From: Halomonas zincidurans B6
GTDB lineage: Bacteria; Pseudomonadota; Gammaproteobacteria; Pseudomonadales; Halomonadaceae
Direction of reading: 5' to 3'
DNA: 40,000 nt
NCBI RefSeq assembly: GCF_000731955.1
Contig: NZ_JNCK01000001.1
Coordinates: forward strand, 624,676 to 664,675
This document shows, in pieces, positions 17,041 to 29,410 of the stretch. Made by a program: the position numbers and the translations under genes. The notes beneath the pieces were generated by a model. That model saw only the letters and a list, made by a program, of their open reading frames with translations, searched no databases and was not told where the DNA came from. Within the stretch, counting starts at the first letter, position 1; each line of letters starts with the position of its first letter.

Positions 17041-18978
17041 ATGAACCAGACACGACGCATCCAGATTCTCGACCCGCGACTGGCCAACCAGATCGCCGCC
17101 GGCGAAGTGGTCGAGCGCCCCTCGTCGGTGCTCAAGGAACTGGTCGAGAACGCCATCGACGCCGGCAGCCGGCGCATCGAGATCGACCTGGAGAACGGCG
17201 GCACGCGATTGATCAAGGTGCGCGACGACGGCCACGGAATCGACGAGGCCGATCTGCCGCTGGCGCTGTCGCGCCATGCCACCAGCAAGATCGTCTCGCT
17301 GGAGGAGCTCGAAGGCGTGACCAGCCTGGGTTTTCGTGGCGAGGCGCTGGCCTCGATCAGCTCGGTGTCGCGGCTCGAACTGGCCTCCAATACCGCCGAC
17401 GACCCGGCGGGTGGCTGGCGGGTGGTCGCCGAGGGCCGGCAGATGGAGCCGCGGGTCGCGCCGGTTCCCCATCCGCGCGGTACCTCGGTGACGGTGCGCG
17501 ATCTGTTCTTCAATACCCCGGCGCGGCGCAAGTTCCTGCGCACCGAAAAGACCGAATTCGCTCATGCCGAAGAAGCCTTCCGGCGTCTGGCCCTGTCGCG
17601 CTACAACATCGGTTGGGTGCTGCGCCACAACCAGAAGACCGTGCACCAGTTGCGTCCGGCAGACGACAACGCGGCCAGCGAACGGCGTATCGCCGCGTTG
17701 CTGGGCGCCAAGTTCCTCGACAACGCGCTGCATATCGATCTCGAGGTCACCGGCATGCGTCTGTGGGGCTGGGTGGGCTTGCCGACTCACGCCCGCGCCC
17801 AGGCCGACCAGCAGTATTTCTTCGTCAACGGCCGGGTGGTGCGCGATCGGCTGATCGCCCATGCCGTTCGCCAGGCCTATCGCGACGTGCTGTTCCACGG
17901 TCGTCATCCGGTGTTCGTGCTGTACCTGGATGTCGACCCGCTGGTGGTCGACGTCAATGTGCATCCCACCAAGCACGAGGTGCGCTTTCGCGACGGCCGG
18001 CTGGTGCATGATTTCCTGTTTTCCAGCCTGCATCGGGCGCTCGGCGAGGTCCGCCCCCGGGATGGCTCGGCGGCGCCGGCGGGCGGGCCCTCGACACAGC
18101 CGCGCGACAGCCAGCCCGCCGGGGCGAACGACACCGTCGCCGAACCGCGTTGGCAACAGCAGCCCATGGCGCTGCGCTCGGCTTCCGGCGGCGAACACGC
18201 AGGACGCCCCGGCGCTTCGCGGGTGCGCGAATTCATGGCCGGTTATCAGGCGCTGCATCCCGAACACGAGGCCAGTCTGCTGACGCCCCAGCTCGAGACC
18301 GCCCCGGGCGGAACGGCGGCGGAAACCGCCTTCGCCGAGCGCCGCCGCCGCTCGCCCGAGCGGGTCGCATTGGCCGACGACGACCCGACCCAGGCACCGC
18401 CGCTGGGCTATGCGGTGGCCCAGTTGCACGGCGTGTACATTCTTTCCCAGACGGCGCGGGGGTTGGTGCTGGTCGACATGCATGCCGCCCACGAGCGAAT
18501 CGTCTACGAACGCATGAAGACCCAGGTGCATGGCGGGGCGCTCGACGCCCAGCCGCTGCTGGTGCCGGTGTCGCTGGCGGTCAGCGCCAACGCCGTGGAG
18601 GCCGCCGAGGCCTGCCGCGAGGCGTTTGCCCGGCTCGGCGTCGAGCTCGACGTCGCGGGGCCGGAAACCTTGCTGGTGCGCCAGGTGCCGACGCTGCTGG
18701 CCGAGGCCGACGTCGAGCCGCTGATCCGCGACATGCTCGGCGATCTCGAGCGCTACGGGCGCTCGGACAGGCTCGAGGCGCACATCAACGAGCTGCTGGC
18801 GACCATGTCCTGTCATGGCAGCGTGCGCGCCAATCGTCGCTTGACGGTGCCCGAGATGAATGCGCTGCTGCGCGACATGGAACGTACCGAACGCAGCGGT
18901 CAGTGCAACCACGGTCGGCCGACCTGGACCGAGATGTCGATGGCCGAGCTCGACAAGCTGTTTCTGCGCGGCCAATGA
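17041..18978 (+). CDS. mutL: DNA mismatch repair endonuclease MutL
   Basis: GHKL ATPase motifs are [25 protein letters not shown] and [10 protein letters not shown]. The C-terminal dimerisation region ends in CNHGRPTW. Confidence 0.95.
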   Translation: MNQTRRIQILDPRLANQIAAGEVVERPSSVLKELVENAIDAGSRRIEIDLENGGTRLIKVRDDGHGIDEADLPLALSRHATSKIVSLEELEGVTSLGFRGEALASISSVSRLELASNTADDPAGGWRVVAEGRQMEPRVAPVPHPRGTSVTVRDLFFNTPARRKFLRTEKTEFAHAEEAFRRLALSRYNIGWVLRHNQKTVHQLRPADDNAASERRIAALLGAKFLDNALHIDLEVTGMRLWGWVGLPTHARAQADQQYFFVNGRVVRDRLIAHAVRQAYRDVLFHGRHPVFVLYLDVDPLVVDVNVHPTKHEVRFRDGRLVHDFLFSSLHRALGEVRPRDGSAAPAGGPSTQPRDSQPAGANDTVAEPRWQQQPMALRSASGGEHAGRPGASRVREFMAGYQALHPEHEASLLTPQLETAPGGTAAETAFAERRRRSPERVALADDDPTQAPPLGYAVAQLHGVYILSQTARGLVLVDMHAAHERIVYERMKTQVHGGALDAQPLLVPVSLAVSANAVEAAEACREAFARLGVELDVAGPETLLVRQVPTLLAEADVEPLIRDMLGDLERYGRSDRLEAHINELLATMSCHGSVRANRRLTVPEMNALLRDMERTERSGQCNHGRPTWTEMSMAELDKLFLRGQ

Positions 18979-19919
18979 ACGGCGCGAGCGATAAGCGGCC
19001 GCTGGCGATCCTGCTGATGGGGCCCACGGCGTCCGGCAAGACCGAGTTGGCGATGGCGCTGCACGAGCGCCTGGGCGCGGAGCTGATCAGCGTCGATTCG
19101 GCGATGGTCTATCGCGGCATGGACATTGGCACCGCCAAGCCTTCCGCCGCCGAGCTGGCCCGCGCGCCGCACCGCCTGATCGATATCCGCGACCCCGGCG
19201 AACCCTATTCGGCCGCCGAGTTTCGCGACGACGCGCACCGCGAGATGAGTAATATCAGTGCCGCCGGCAAGCTCCCGCTGCTGGTCGGCGGCACCATGCT
19301 CTATTATCGTAGCCTGCTGGGCGGCGTCGCCCGACTGCCTGCCGCGGATCCGGCGCTGCGCGCCGAGCTCGAGGCCTGGGCGGCCGAGCGCGGCCTGGGC
19401 GTCCTGCACGAGGAGCTGGCGCGGGTCGATCCCGAGTCGGCGGCGCGCATTCACCCCAACGATCCGCAGCGGTTGATGCGCGCCCTGGAGGTACAGTGTC
19501 TGAGCGGCCGATCGATGAGTGCGCTGTGGCGTGAACAGCCAGCCGAAACCTTTCCCTGGCGGACGTTGTCCATAGGGCTCGCGCCTGCCGATCGGGCGGT
19601 GCTGCATGAACGTATCGCCCGGCGCTTCGACACCATGCTCGAGCAGGGCTTTCTCGACGAGGTAGTCGCGCTGCGCGAGCGGGATCTGAGCCCCGACCTG
19701 CCGGCACTGAAAAGCGTCGGCTATCGACAGGCGTGGGCGTATCTCGACGGTCAGTACGATCGAGCTACGCTACGCGACAAGGGAGTGATCGCGACTCGCC
19801 AGCTGGCCAAGCGCCAACTGACCTGGCTACGCGCCTGGCCGGCGTTGAGATGGATTGACTCGTGTGCGCCTTCGCCGCTCGGCGAGGCCTTGAAAATCGT
19901 GCGCCAATGCAGCACTTAG
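18975..19919 (+). CDS. miaA: tRNA dimethylallyltransferase
   Basis: An internal ATG at 18975 lies in track ORF 18150..19919 and forms an ATGA overlap with the mutL stop. The P-loop is [13 protein letters not shown], followed by [17 protein letters not shown]. Confidence 0.9.
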   Translation: MNGASDKRPLAILLMGPTASGKTELAMALHERLGAELISVDSAMVYRGMDIGTAKPSAAELARAPHRLIDIRDPGEPYSAAEFRDDAHREMSNISAAGKLPLLVGGTMLYYRSLLGGVARLPAADPALRAELEAWAAERGLGVLHEELARVDPESAARIHPNDPQRLMRALEVQCLSGRSMSALWREQPAETFPWRTLSIGLAPADRAVLHERIARRFDTMLEQGFLDEVVALRERDLSPDLPALKSVGYRQAWAYLDGQYDRATLRDKGVIATRQLAKRQLTWLRAWPALRWIDSCAPSPLGEALKIVRQCST

Positions 19920-20035
19920 CGTAAGATGAGGCTTTCGTCGTGGTGTCGTTAGCCGGCGGCGTGGCCCAGGCCTCATAAAGCCCCGTGGGGCGAACATTAA
20001 AATGACATCAACTAGAGACAGTTAGGGAGAGCAAA

Positions 20036-20284
20036 ATGTCCAAAGGGCAGTCCCTTCAAGACCCGTACCTGAACATCCTGCGCAAGGAACGCATTCCGGT
20101 GTCGATTTTCCTGGTCAACGGAATCAAGCTGCAGGGTCAGATCGAGTCCTTCGACCAATTCGTGATTCTGCTGCGTAACACCGTCAGCCAGATGGTCTAC
20201 AAGCATGCCATCTCTACGGTGGTGCCGTCACGCAATGTGCGTCTTCCGGCCCAGGATCCCAATATGGCCGGGCAGGAAGATTGA
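20036..20284 (+). CDS. hfq: RNA chaperone Hfq
   Basis: [64 protein letters not shown] is a near-canonical Hfq Sm core. An RBS AGGGAGAG lies upstream. Confidence 0.97.
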   Translation: MSKGQSLQDPYLNILRKERIPVSIFLVNGIKLQGQIESFDQFVILLRNTVSQMVYKHAISTVVPSRNVRLPAQDPNMAGQED

Positions 20285-20298
20285 TCGCGAGGTACTGA

Positions 20299-21627
20299 TT
20301 GTTTTTCGAACGTCCCGACGCCGGTGAAACGGCGGTTCTCGTCCATGTCGATTTCCATGACGAGCAAGAGCGTGAAGACCCGGGTGAATTCCTGGAACTG
20401 GTGCGTTCCGCGGGCGCCGAGCCGGCGACCCTCATGCAGGGAAGCCGGCGTCGGCCCGATCCGCGTGCTTTCATCGGCAGCGGCAAGGTGGAGGAGTTAC
20501 GCGAGTTGCTTGCCGTTCACCACGCCGAGCTGGTGATTTTCAACCATACCTTGAGTCCCTCCCAGGAACGCAACCTCGAGCGTTCCTTGAAATGTCGCGT
20601 GCTCGACCGCACCGGGCTGATCCTCGACATCTTCGCCCAGCGCGCCCGGACCCATGAAGGCAAGCTGCAGGTGGAGCTGGCTCAGCTCGAATACATGTCC
20701 ACGCGGCTGGTGCGGGGCTGGACTCACCTGGAGCGCCAGAAGGGCGGCATCGGCCTGCGCGGGCCGGGTGAAACCCAGCTCGAGACCGACCGCCGGTTGC
20801 TGCGTGCGCGGATCAAGGCGATTCACAAGCGGCTCGACAAGGTGCGCAGCCAGCGCGAGCAGAACCGCCGGGCGCGCTCGCGGGCCGAAATTCCCAGTGT
20901 CTCGCTGGTCGGCTACACCAACGCCGGCAAGTCGACGCTGTTCAACGCCTTGACCGCCTCGACGGTGTATACCGCCGATCAGTTGTTCGCGACACTCGAT
21001 CCGACCCTGCGCCGGCTCGACGTGGCCGATGTGGGACCGGTGGTGATCGCCGATACCGTGGGGTTCATTCGCCACTTGCCCCACAAGCTGGTGGAGGCCT
21101 TCCAGGCCACGCTGCAAGAGGCCAACGAAGCCTCGTTGCTGATCCATGTGATCGATTGCGCCGACCCCGAACGCGAGCAGAACATCGCCGAAGTCAATTC
21201 GGTGCTCGAGGAGATCGGCGCCGATGCAGTGCCCTGCCTGCGGGTGATGAACAAGATCGATCTGCTCGACAGCGCGCCGCGTATCGAGCGTGACGGCCAC
21301 GGCGTACCCGAGGAAGTATGGGTTTCGGCACAACAGGGCAGCGGTTTCGATCTGCTGCATCAGGCATTGTCCGAGCGTCTGGCCGAGGACTTGCTCGATC
21401 TGGAGCTGACGTTGACGCCTGATCAGGGTAGGCTACGGGCGGGGTTGCACGAGCTGGACGCGGTCCGCAGCGAGCGTTTCGACGACCAGGGCCGCAGCCT
21501 GCTGACGATTCGCCTGCCACGGCGCGAATTCATGCAACTGCTCGCCCGGCTGGGCGAGAAAGCCGAGGACTACCTGCCACCGGAGGATCTGGCGCCGCCG
21601 ATCTGGGCCGATGGTGTCCGAGAATAA
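20299..21627 (+). CDS. hflX: Ribosome-associated GTPase HflX
   Basis: Motifs are QVELAQLEY, GPGETQLETDRR, the G1 motif GYTNAGKSTLFNAL, DTVGFI and NKIDL. The apparent start is TTG at 20299. Confidence 0.9.
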   Translation: MFFERPDAGETAVLVHVDFHDEQEREDPGEFLELVRSAGAEPATLMQGSRRRPDPRAFIGSGKVEELRELLAVHHAELVIFNHTLSPSQERNLERSLKCRVLDRTGLILDIFAQRARTHEGKLQVELAQLEYMSTRLVRGWTHLERQKGGIGLRGPGETQLETDRRLLRARIKAIHKRLDKVRSQREQNRRARSRAEIPSVSLVGYTNAGKSTLFNALTASTVYTADQLFATLDPTLRRLDVADVGPVVIADTVGFIRHLPHKLVEAFQATLQEANEASLLIHVIDCADPEREQNIAEVNSVLEEIGADAVPCLRVMNKIDLLDSAPRIERDGHGVPEEVWVSAQQGSGFDLLHQALSERLAEDLLDLELTLTPDQGRLRAGLHELDAVRSERFDDQGRSLLTIRLPRREFMQLLARLGEKAEDYLPPEDLAPPIWADGVRE

Positions 21628-21632
21628 CAGCG

Positions 21633-21664
21633 AGGCCGCCGTCTCCATCGTAGACGGCGGCCTC
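21633..21664 (+). other. Strong stem-loop between hflX and hflK
   Basis: A perfect 13-bp stem GAGGCCGCCGTCT-ccatcgt-AGACGGCGGCCTC lies 6 nt after the hflX stop. No U-tract follows. Confidence 0.5.
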
Positions 21665-21702
21665 GTCGCACATCGCAATCTTGCTTAGTGGAGAGACGAC
21701 GT

Positions 21703-22923
21703 ATGGCTTGGAATGAGCCGGGTGGGGGTGGCAAGCAGCACGACCCCTGGAGTGGCGGTGGCCGACGTGGCGGCGGCGGTAACGGCAATGGTGGTGGCGG
21801 TAACAACAACCAGGGCCCGCCGGATCTGGACGAGGCGCTGAAGAAATTCCAGGACAAGCTCAATCGCATGCTCGGCGGTCGCGGCAAGCGTGGCGGCGGC
21901 GGCAATGGTGGCGGCGGTGGCGGTAAGCGCAGTGTCTTCGCGCTGCCGGGGCTGCTTGCGATAATTGTCCTGGCAATCTGGGCGGCGTCCGGCTTCTATC
22001 TGGTCGATCAGTCGGAGCGTGGGGTGGTGCTGCGCTTCGGCAAGTTCGAGCAAATCGTCAATCCCGGCTTGCAATGGAACCCGCCGATCATCGACGACGT
22101 GCGCATGGTCAACGTCACCGGAGTACGTTCGGTATCCCAGACCAAGTCGATGCTGACCCGCGACGAGAACATCGTTAAGGTCGATATTTCCGCCCAGTAT
22201 CAGGTGGCCGATCCGCGCGACTATGCACTCAATGTGCGTACGCCCGATCTTTCCATCGAGAATGCCCTTGATTCGGCGCTGCGCCAGGTAGTCGGCGGCA
22301 CCGATATGGACGAAATTCTGACCTCGGGACGCGCATTGCTGGCGGATACCGTTTCCACGCGTCTGCAGACCTATCTCGATAGCTATGGCCTCGGAGTGCG
22401 CATTCTGGCGATCAACATCGAGTCGACCTCGGCTCCGGACGCGGTTCAGGACGCCTTCGATGACGTGATCAAGGCGCGCGAGGATCGCCAGCGGCTGATC
22501 AACGATGCGATCGGCTACGCCAATGCAATCATTCCCGAAGCCCAGGGTCAGGCTCAACGCCTGATCGAGCAGGCGCAGGGCTATCGTGAATCGGTGGTTG
22601 CCAAGGCTCAGGGTGAATCCAATCGCTTCAATTCATTGCTGACCGAATATCGCCAGGCACCCCAGGTGATGCGCGACCGCATGTATCTGGATACCATGAC
22701 CGAGGTGTTGTCGAATACCAGCAAGGTGTTGATCGATATCAACAAAAGCAGTCCGCTCATGGTGCTGCCGCTCGACAAGCTGAACCGTGGCAACGCCAGC
22801 GGCGCCGATTCGCAGCAGGACGTCAATGTCACGCCGTCGCTGATCGAGCAGTTGCGCAACAACTCGGCAGGCAGCAGCAACTCGTCGCAGACGAGCGGTA
22901 TCCGCAGGGAGGGTCGTCAATGA
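21703..22923 (+). CDS. hflK: FtsH protease modulator HflK
   Basis: The product has MAWNEPGG followed by a Gly-rich N-terminus, one TM segment and an SPFH/band-7 domain. The start is ATG 21703, with an RBS GGAGAG upstream. Confidence 0.9.
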   Translation: MAWNEPGGGGKQHDPWSGGGRRGGGGNGNGGGGNNNQGPPDLDEALKKFQDKLNRMLGGRGKRGGGGNGGGGGGKRSVFALPGLLAIIVLAIWAASGFYLVDQSERGVVLRFGKFEQIVNPGLQWNPPIIDDVRMVNVTGVRSVSQTKSMLTRDENIVKVDISAQYQVADPRDYALNVRTPDLSIENALDSALRQVVGGTDMDEILTSGRALLADTVSTRLQTYLDSYGLGVRILAINIESTSAPDAVQDAFDDVIKAREDRQRLINDAIGYANAIIPEAQGQAQRLIEQAQGYRESVVAKAQGESNRFNSLLTEYRQAPQVMRDRMYLDTMTEVLSNTSKVLIDINKSSPLMVLPLDKLNRGNASGADSQQDVNVTPSLIEQLRNNSAGSSNSSQTSGIRREGRQ

Positions 22924-23825
22924 TCAATAATCGTTCCCTGCTCATCGTCGCCGGCCTGGCCGCGGTCGCTTGGGTAGGCAGCAACACTCTGTATATCGTC
23001 GACGAGACCGAGCGCGCCATCAAGCTGCAGTTCGGCGAGATCGTCGAAGCCGATATCCAGCCGGGACTGCACTTCAAGGTGCCGATCACCAACACGGTGC
23101 GCACCTTCGATGCCCGCGTGCTGACTCTTGAGCTCGATACCAGTCGTTACCTGACGCTGGAGAAGAAGGCGGTGATCGTCGATTCCTATGTCAAGTGGAA
23201 GATCGTCGACTCGGCGCGCTACTACCAGGCGACTTCGGGCCAGGAGCAGGTGGCCCAACGGCTGATCATCCCGCGTGTCGACGAGGCGCTGCGCAACCAG
23301 TTCGGTCGGCTCGAGTTGCAGGAAATCATCGCCGAACGTCGCGATGAGCTGATGGAGGAGCCGACTCAGCAGCTCAATGAGGTGCTGCGCGAGGAGTTGG
23401 GCGTGGCGATTCTGGACATTCGCATCAAGCGGATCGACCTGCCCGACGAGGTGACCCAGGCGGTCTATGAACGCATGCGCACCGAGCGTAATCGCGAGGC
23501 CCGCCAGTATCGCGCCCAGGGCCAGGAGGAGGCCGCCAAGTTGCGTGCCAATGCCGAGCGCCGTCGCCAGGTACTGCTTGCCGAGGCTCAGTCCAAGTCC
23601 GAGACGCTGCGCGGTCAGGGCGATGCCGAAGCGGCCTCGATCTATGCCCAAGCCTATCAGCAGGATGCCGAGTTTTTCCGTTTCTACCGCAGTCTCGACG
23701 CCTACCGAGCCAGCTTTGACGGCAAGTCCGACCTGTTGGTGCTCGAGCCGGATAGCGACTTCTTCCGCTACCTGAACGGTGCCAGCCCGCAGCCTCAGCA
23801 GAGCAGCAACGCGGACGGCTCCTGA
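22920..23825 (+). CDS. hflC: FtsH protease modulator HflC
   Basis: The product has an N-terminal TM segment and an SPFH domain. The start forms an ATGA overlap with the hflK stop. Confidence 0.9.
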   Translation: MINNRSLLIVAGLAAVAWVGSNTLYIVDETERAIKLQFGEIVEADIQPGLHFKVPITNTVRTFDARVLTLELDTSRYLTLEKKAVIVDSYVKWKIVDSARYYQATSGQEQVAQRLIIPRVDEALRNQFGRLELQEIIAERRDELMEEPTQQLNEVLREELGVAILDIRIKRIDLPDEVTQAVYERMRTERNREARQYRAQGQEEAAKLRANAERRRQVLLAEAQSKSETLRGQGDAEAASIYAQAYQQDAEFFRFYRSLDAYRASFDGKSDLLVLEPDSDFFRYLNGASPQPQQSSNADGS

Positions 23826-23882
23826 GGCGATCGTCTTGCCCTCCGGGGTACACCCGGGGGGCAAACATGCTAGAATCCGTAA

Positions 23883-23905
23883 ACCGGGCGTGGCCCGGTT
23901 TTTTT
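23883..23905 (+). terminator. Rho-independent terminator after hflC
   Basis: The hairpin is ACCGGGC-gtg-GCCCGGT, followed by TTTTTT. Confidence 0.75.
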
Positions 23906-23906
23906 G

Positions 23907-23951
23907 TGGCCATTCATCTCTGGCCATTCATCTCTGGCCATTCATCTCTGG
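23907..23951. repeat. Tandem repeat, 14-bp unit TGGCCATTCATCTC x3 plus partial TGG
   Basis: Three perfect head-to-tail copies at 23907-23920, 23921-23934 and 23935-23948 lie between the hflC terminator and the hisZ start. Confidence 0.9.
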
Positions 23952-23968
23952 TAGACAGGCAAAGGCTA

Positions 23969-26514
<2,546 letters not shown>

Positions 26515-26540
26515 GAACCAGTCCGGTCGCCGGGCCGGAT

Positions 26541-26566
26541 CAAAAATGCCCGGGACGAACCCGGGC
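26541..26566 (-). terminator. Rho-independent terminator ending the minus-strand polysaccharide locus (hairpin shared with convergent purA)
   Basis: On the minus strand the hairpin GCCCGGG-ttcgt-CCCGGGC is followed by ATTTTTG. It lies 23 nt after the Sel1-repeat gene stop. Confidence 0.65.
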
Positions 26567-26589
26567 AAACGACATGCGATTACAAGCGA

Positions 26590-29361
26590 TCAACTTCCAG
26601 TGGTGGGAACCTCACTGGCGATTTCGGCGGCCTGATCGTTCTCGAGCAGGTCGCGCATCGTTTCCAAGGCGACCTGACTATTGCCGTCGATGGTCTGGTC
26701 GAGCCACAGCAGCGCCTGTGACTGGTTGGCGTTTTCCAGCCCCTGAGTCCACAGGTAGGCCTTGGCGAGTGCCAGGCGAGCGGTGGGGTGGCCCTGACGG
26801 GCGGCTCGGAACAGGTATTCGGCGCCCTTGGCATTATCTTGCTCTAGCACGTCGCCACGCAGGTAGGCCCGCCCGAGAGTCGCCTGAGCGCCGGCATGGC
26901 CCTGCTCGGCCGCATCCTTTAGCAGTTCCAGACCGCGCTCCACGTTCTGGGTGATGCCGTCGCGCCCGTAGAGCAGTGAACGGCCCAGATTGGCTTGCGA
27001 AGAGAGACTGCCCGCTTCGGCCGCGCGAGTCAGCCACTGTTTGGCCTTGGCCGGGTCCTTGGCAACTCCCTCACCCGACAGATAGGCCTCGCCCAGTACC
27101 TGCGCGGCGTAGGCGTTGCCGCGCTCGGCGCTGCGTGTCAGCAGACCTATGCCCTTGTCGGTATCGCGCGCGACCCCGTTGCCCTTGAGGTACGCTTGGC
27201 CCAGGGTCTGCATGGCGCCCAGGTTGCCACCGCGAATGGCGCGCTGTAGCAAGCTGACCCCACGTTGCGGGTTGGCCGCCACCTGATTGCCGTTGAGCAG
27301 CCGCGCTCCCAGATCGGCGCTCGCACCGATATGGCCGCGCGAGACGGCGGTCTCCAGGTAATTAAGGCCCTTGGAGATGTTTTGCGGAAAGCGGTCCCCC
27401 TGCAGGTAGGCCCGTCCCAGTGTCGCCGCGGCGCCGGCGTGGCCAGCGTTGTTGGCCTTGGTCAGCCATTGGTAGGCCTTCTCGGTATTCTGTTCCAGGC
27501 CCAGGCGGCCCTTGAGATAGGCGCGCCCAAGATCGGCCATGGCGCCAGGTTCGCCGAGCCTGGCCGCGCGAATGATCGCATCGATGTTGTTGCCATCGCC
27601 ACGGTCGCGATAGAGCCTGGCCAGCGCAAGCTCGGCGGAATCGCGACCGGCCGCTTGGGCCCGCTTCAGCCAACGCTCGCCCTTGGCGTAATTCTGCGGC
27701 AAGCTCTCGCCGTCGCGATAAGCGCGGCCCAGCACGATCATTGCGTAGTCGTCACCCTGCTCGGCGGCCCGGGTGAGCAGCGATTGCGCTTCGCCGATAC
27801 TGTCGCTGTTGCCGCTGAGCGGGCCGTCGAGATAGGCCTTGCCGAGCACCGTCATCGCGGTGGTATCACCGCTCTTGATGGCTTGCCTGAGCAGCGTTTC
27901 GCCGGCTTGGGGGTCGGGGGGAATTACCTCCCCGCTCAGGTAGGCTTCGCCAAGCAGGCGCGCGGCAAACGACTGGTTCTGATTGGCGGCTTCACGCAGC
28001 AGTTTTTCGGCACGCGAGGGCGAGCGTGCCACCCCCGTGCCGGTCAGATAGGCTTCACCCAATTGAGCGGTAGCGTAACTGCTTCCGGCCTGGTGGCCGC
28101 GCTTGAGATAATCGATGGCCTTCCGCGGTTGGGCCAGGGTCCCTTCGCCATCCAGATAAATATCGCCAAGCACCGCCAATGCCAGCGGATCGTCTTTATC
28201 CGCGGCCTTTTCAAGCAGTCGTATGCCCTGTTGACGCTGCCCCGGTAATTGCGTTCCGTCGATATAGGCCCGACCCAGGGCGATGGTGGCATTCAGCGAC
28301 CCTTGCTCGGACGCGCGGGCCAACCACTGCTCGGCTCGCTGTGGCCGGGGTGTGATGCCTTGCTCACCCAGCAAGGCCTTGCCCAGATCGGTCATGGCTT
28401 CGACATCGCCCGCTTGCGCGGCCTGTTCGAGCATGGTAAGCGCGCGTTCGCTTTCGCCGCTGGCAAGTAGCGCCTCACCGACTTCGCCGAGCGCATCGGG
28501 GTCGCCGGAGTCGGCGGCACGCATCAACCAGCGCCGCTGCTTTTCGGGCTGGTAACCGAGCATGCCATCGCGCGCGTAGAGTGCCGCGAGATTGGTCATT
28601 GCATCGACGTCGCCCTGTCTGGCACGCGTCTCGATCGTTTCGGCATAACGCTGCGCGTAGTTCTTGGATTGCTGTGGATCGGCCTGATACCAACCGCCTT
28701 GTCGATACGCCTCGGCCAGCGCGAGCAGGGCGCTCGTGTTGCCGTTCTCGGCGGCCTTGCGGTAGAGCTGGATGGCGCGCTCGGGCTGGCGTTCGACGCC
28801 CTGGCCGCGGGCCAGCATGTCGGCTAGCAGCGGAGTGGCGTCGACTTCCCCTTCGTTGATCGCTTGCTTGAGTAGATAGAAGGCCAGGGTGTCGTTGCGT
28901 TCGACACCATCGCCATCCCGATACAGGCGCGCCAGATTGAGCGAGGCGTTGCCAAGGATTGGCGAAGGGCGTTGCAGGGCTTGGCCATAGAACTTGGCGG
29001 CGCGCTGTGGGTCGCGGGGTACGGCCTCGCCCTTGTCGTAAATCTTGGCCAACTCGTAATACGGCAGCATGAAACCTTCATTGGCCAGGGCCTGGAAGCG
29101 CGCGATGGCCGTTTGCGTGTTGCCTGCCGCTGCGGCCTGGCGTGCGAAATCGACTCGGCTCCAATCCAGGGCATCCATATCGGTCGGCCGACCGCCATCG
29201 AACCAGTCCTGATACTGCTGGGGTACGGCCGGAGCGGCGCTATCTCGAGTCACTTCATTCGTAGCGGCGCAACCCGCCAGAGCGAGCAGCAATGGCATGG
29301 TATATAGAATCGCAAGCCACTCGCGGCGTGGTATGCCACGGTAAGTCGTCTGATCGGTCAT
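26590..29361 (-). CDS. Sel1-repeat (TPR-like) lipoprotein, AlgK-like but about twice as long
   Basis: The start is ATG 29361, preceded by AAGGAGGA. A lipobox LLALAGC lies near residue 30. About two dozen Sel1-type repeats follow (consensus A..L..aY..G.GV..d...A..W...AA..G), running to the C-terminus with no beta-barrel-like segment. Confidence 0.8.
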   Translation of the reverse strand: MTDQTTYRGIPRREWLAILYTMPLLLALAGCAATNEVTRDSAAPAVPQQYQDWFDGGRPTDMDALDWSRVDFARQAAAAGNTQTAIARFQALANEGFMLPYYELAKIYDKGEAVPRDPQRAAKFYGQALQRPSPILGNASLNLARLYRDGDGVERNDTLAFYLLKQAINEGEVDATPLLADMLARGQGVERQPERAIQLYRKAAENGNTSALLALAEAYRQGGWYQADPQQSKNYAQRYAETIETRARQGDVDAMTNLAALYARDGMLGYQPEKQRRWLMRAADSGDPDALGEVGEALLASGESERALTMLEQAAQAGDVEAMTDLGKALLGEQGITPRPQRAEQWLARASEQGSLNATIALGRAYIDGTQLPGQRQQGIRLLEKAADKDDPLALAVLGDIYLDGEGTLAQPRKAIDYLKRGHQAGSSYATAQLGEAYLTGTGVARSPSRAEKLLREAANQNQSFAARLLGEAYLSGEVIPPDPQAGETLLRQAIKSGDTTAMTVLGKAYLDGPLSGNSDSIGEAQSLLTRAAEQGDDYAMIVLGRAYRDGESLPQNYAKGERWLKRAQAAGRDSAELALARLYRDRGDGNNIDAIIRAARLGEPGAMADLGRAYLKGRLGLEQNTEKAYQWLTKANNAGHAGAAATLGRAYLQGDRFPQNISKGLNYLETAVSRGHIGASADLGARLLNGNQVAANPQRGVSLLQRAIRGGNLGAMQTLGQAYLKGNGVARDTDKGIGLLTRSAERGNAYAAQVLGEAYLSGEGVAKDPAKAKQWLTRAAEAGSLSSQANLGRSLLYGRDGITQNVERGLELLKDAAEQGHAGAQATLGRAYLRGDVLEQDNAKGAEYLFRAARQGHPTARLALAKAYLWTQGLENANQSQALLWLDQTIDGNSQVALETMRDLLENDQAAEIASEVPTTGS

Positions 29362-29410
29362 GTGAATCCTCCTTGATTGACACCGGCACCTGGGCATCCA
29401 AGGACGCTAT

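Noticed and set aside
15493-18975. A very long 1160-aa minus-strand ORF spanning the amiB and mutL region
   Set aside because: It lies exactly antisense to two confidently identified genes. Its product is Arg/Ala/Gly/His-rich low-complexity sequence with no recognisable motif. This is the typical stop-codon-poor antisense frame of high-GC DNA.
21715-21935. GGC/GGT-rich repetitive DNA at the 5' end of hflK
   Set aside because: It encodes the Gly/Asn-rich low-complexity N-terminal tail of HflK (GGGGNGNGGGGNNNQG, RGGGGNGGGGGG). It lies in frame within a confidently called gene and is not an independent repeat element.
23907-23951. Possible CRISPR array
   Set aside because: The repeats are 14 bp, directly abutting without spacers, and present in only three copies. 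No cas genes are nearby. This is a simple tandem repeat.
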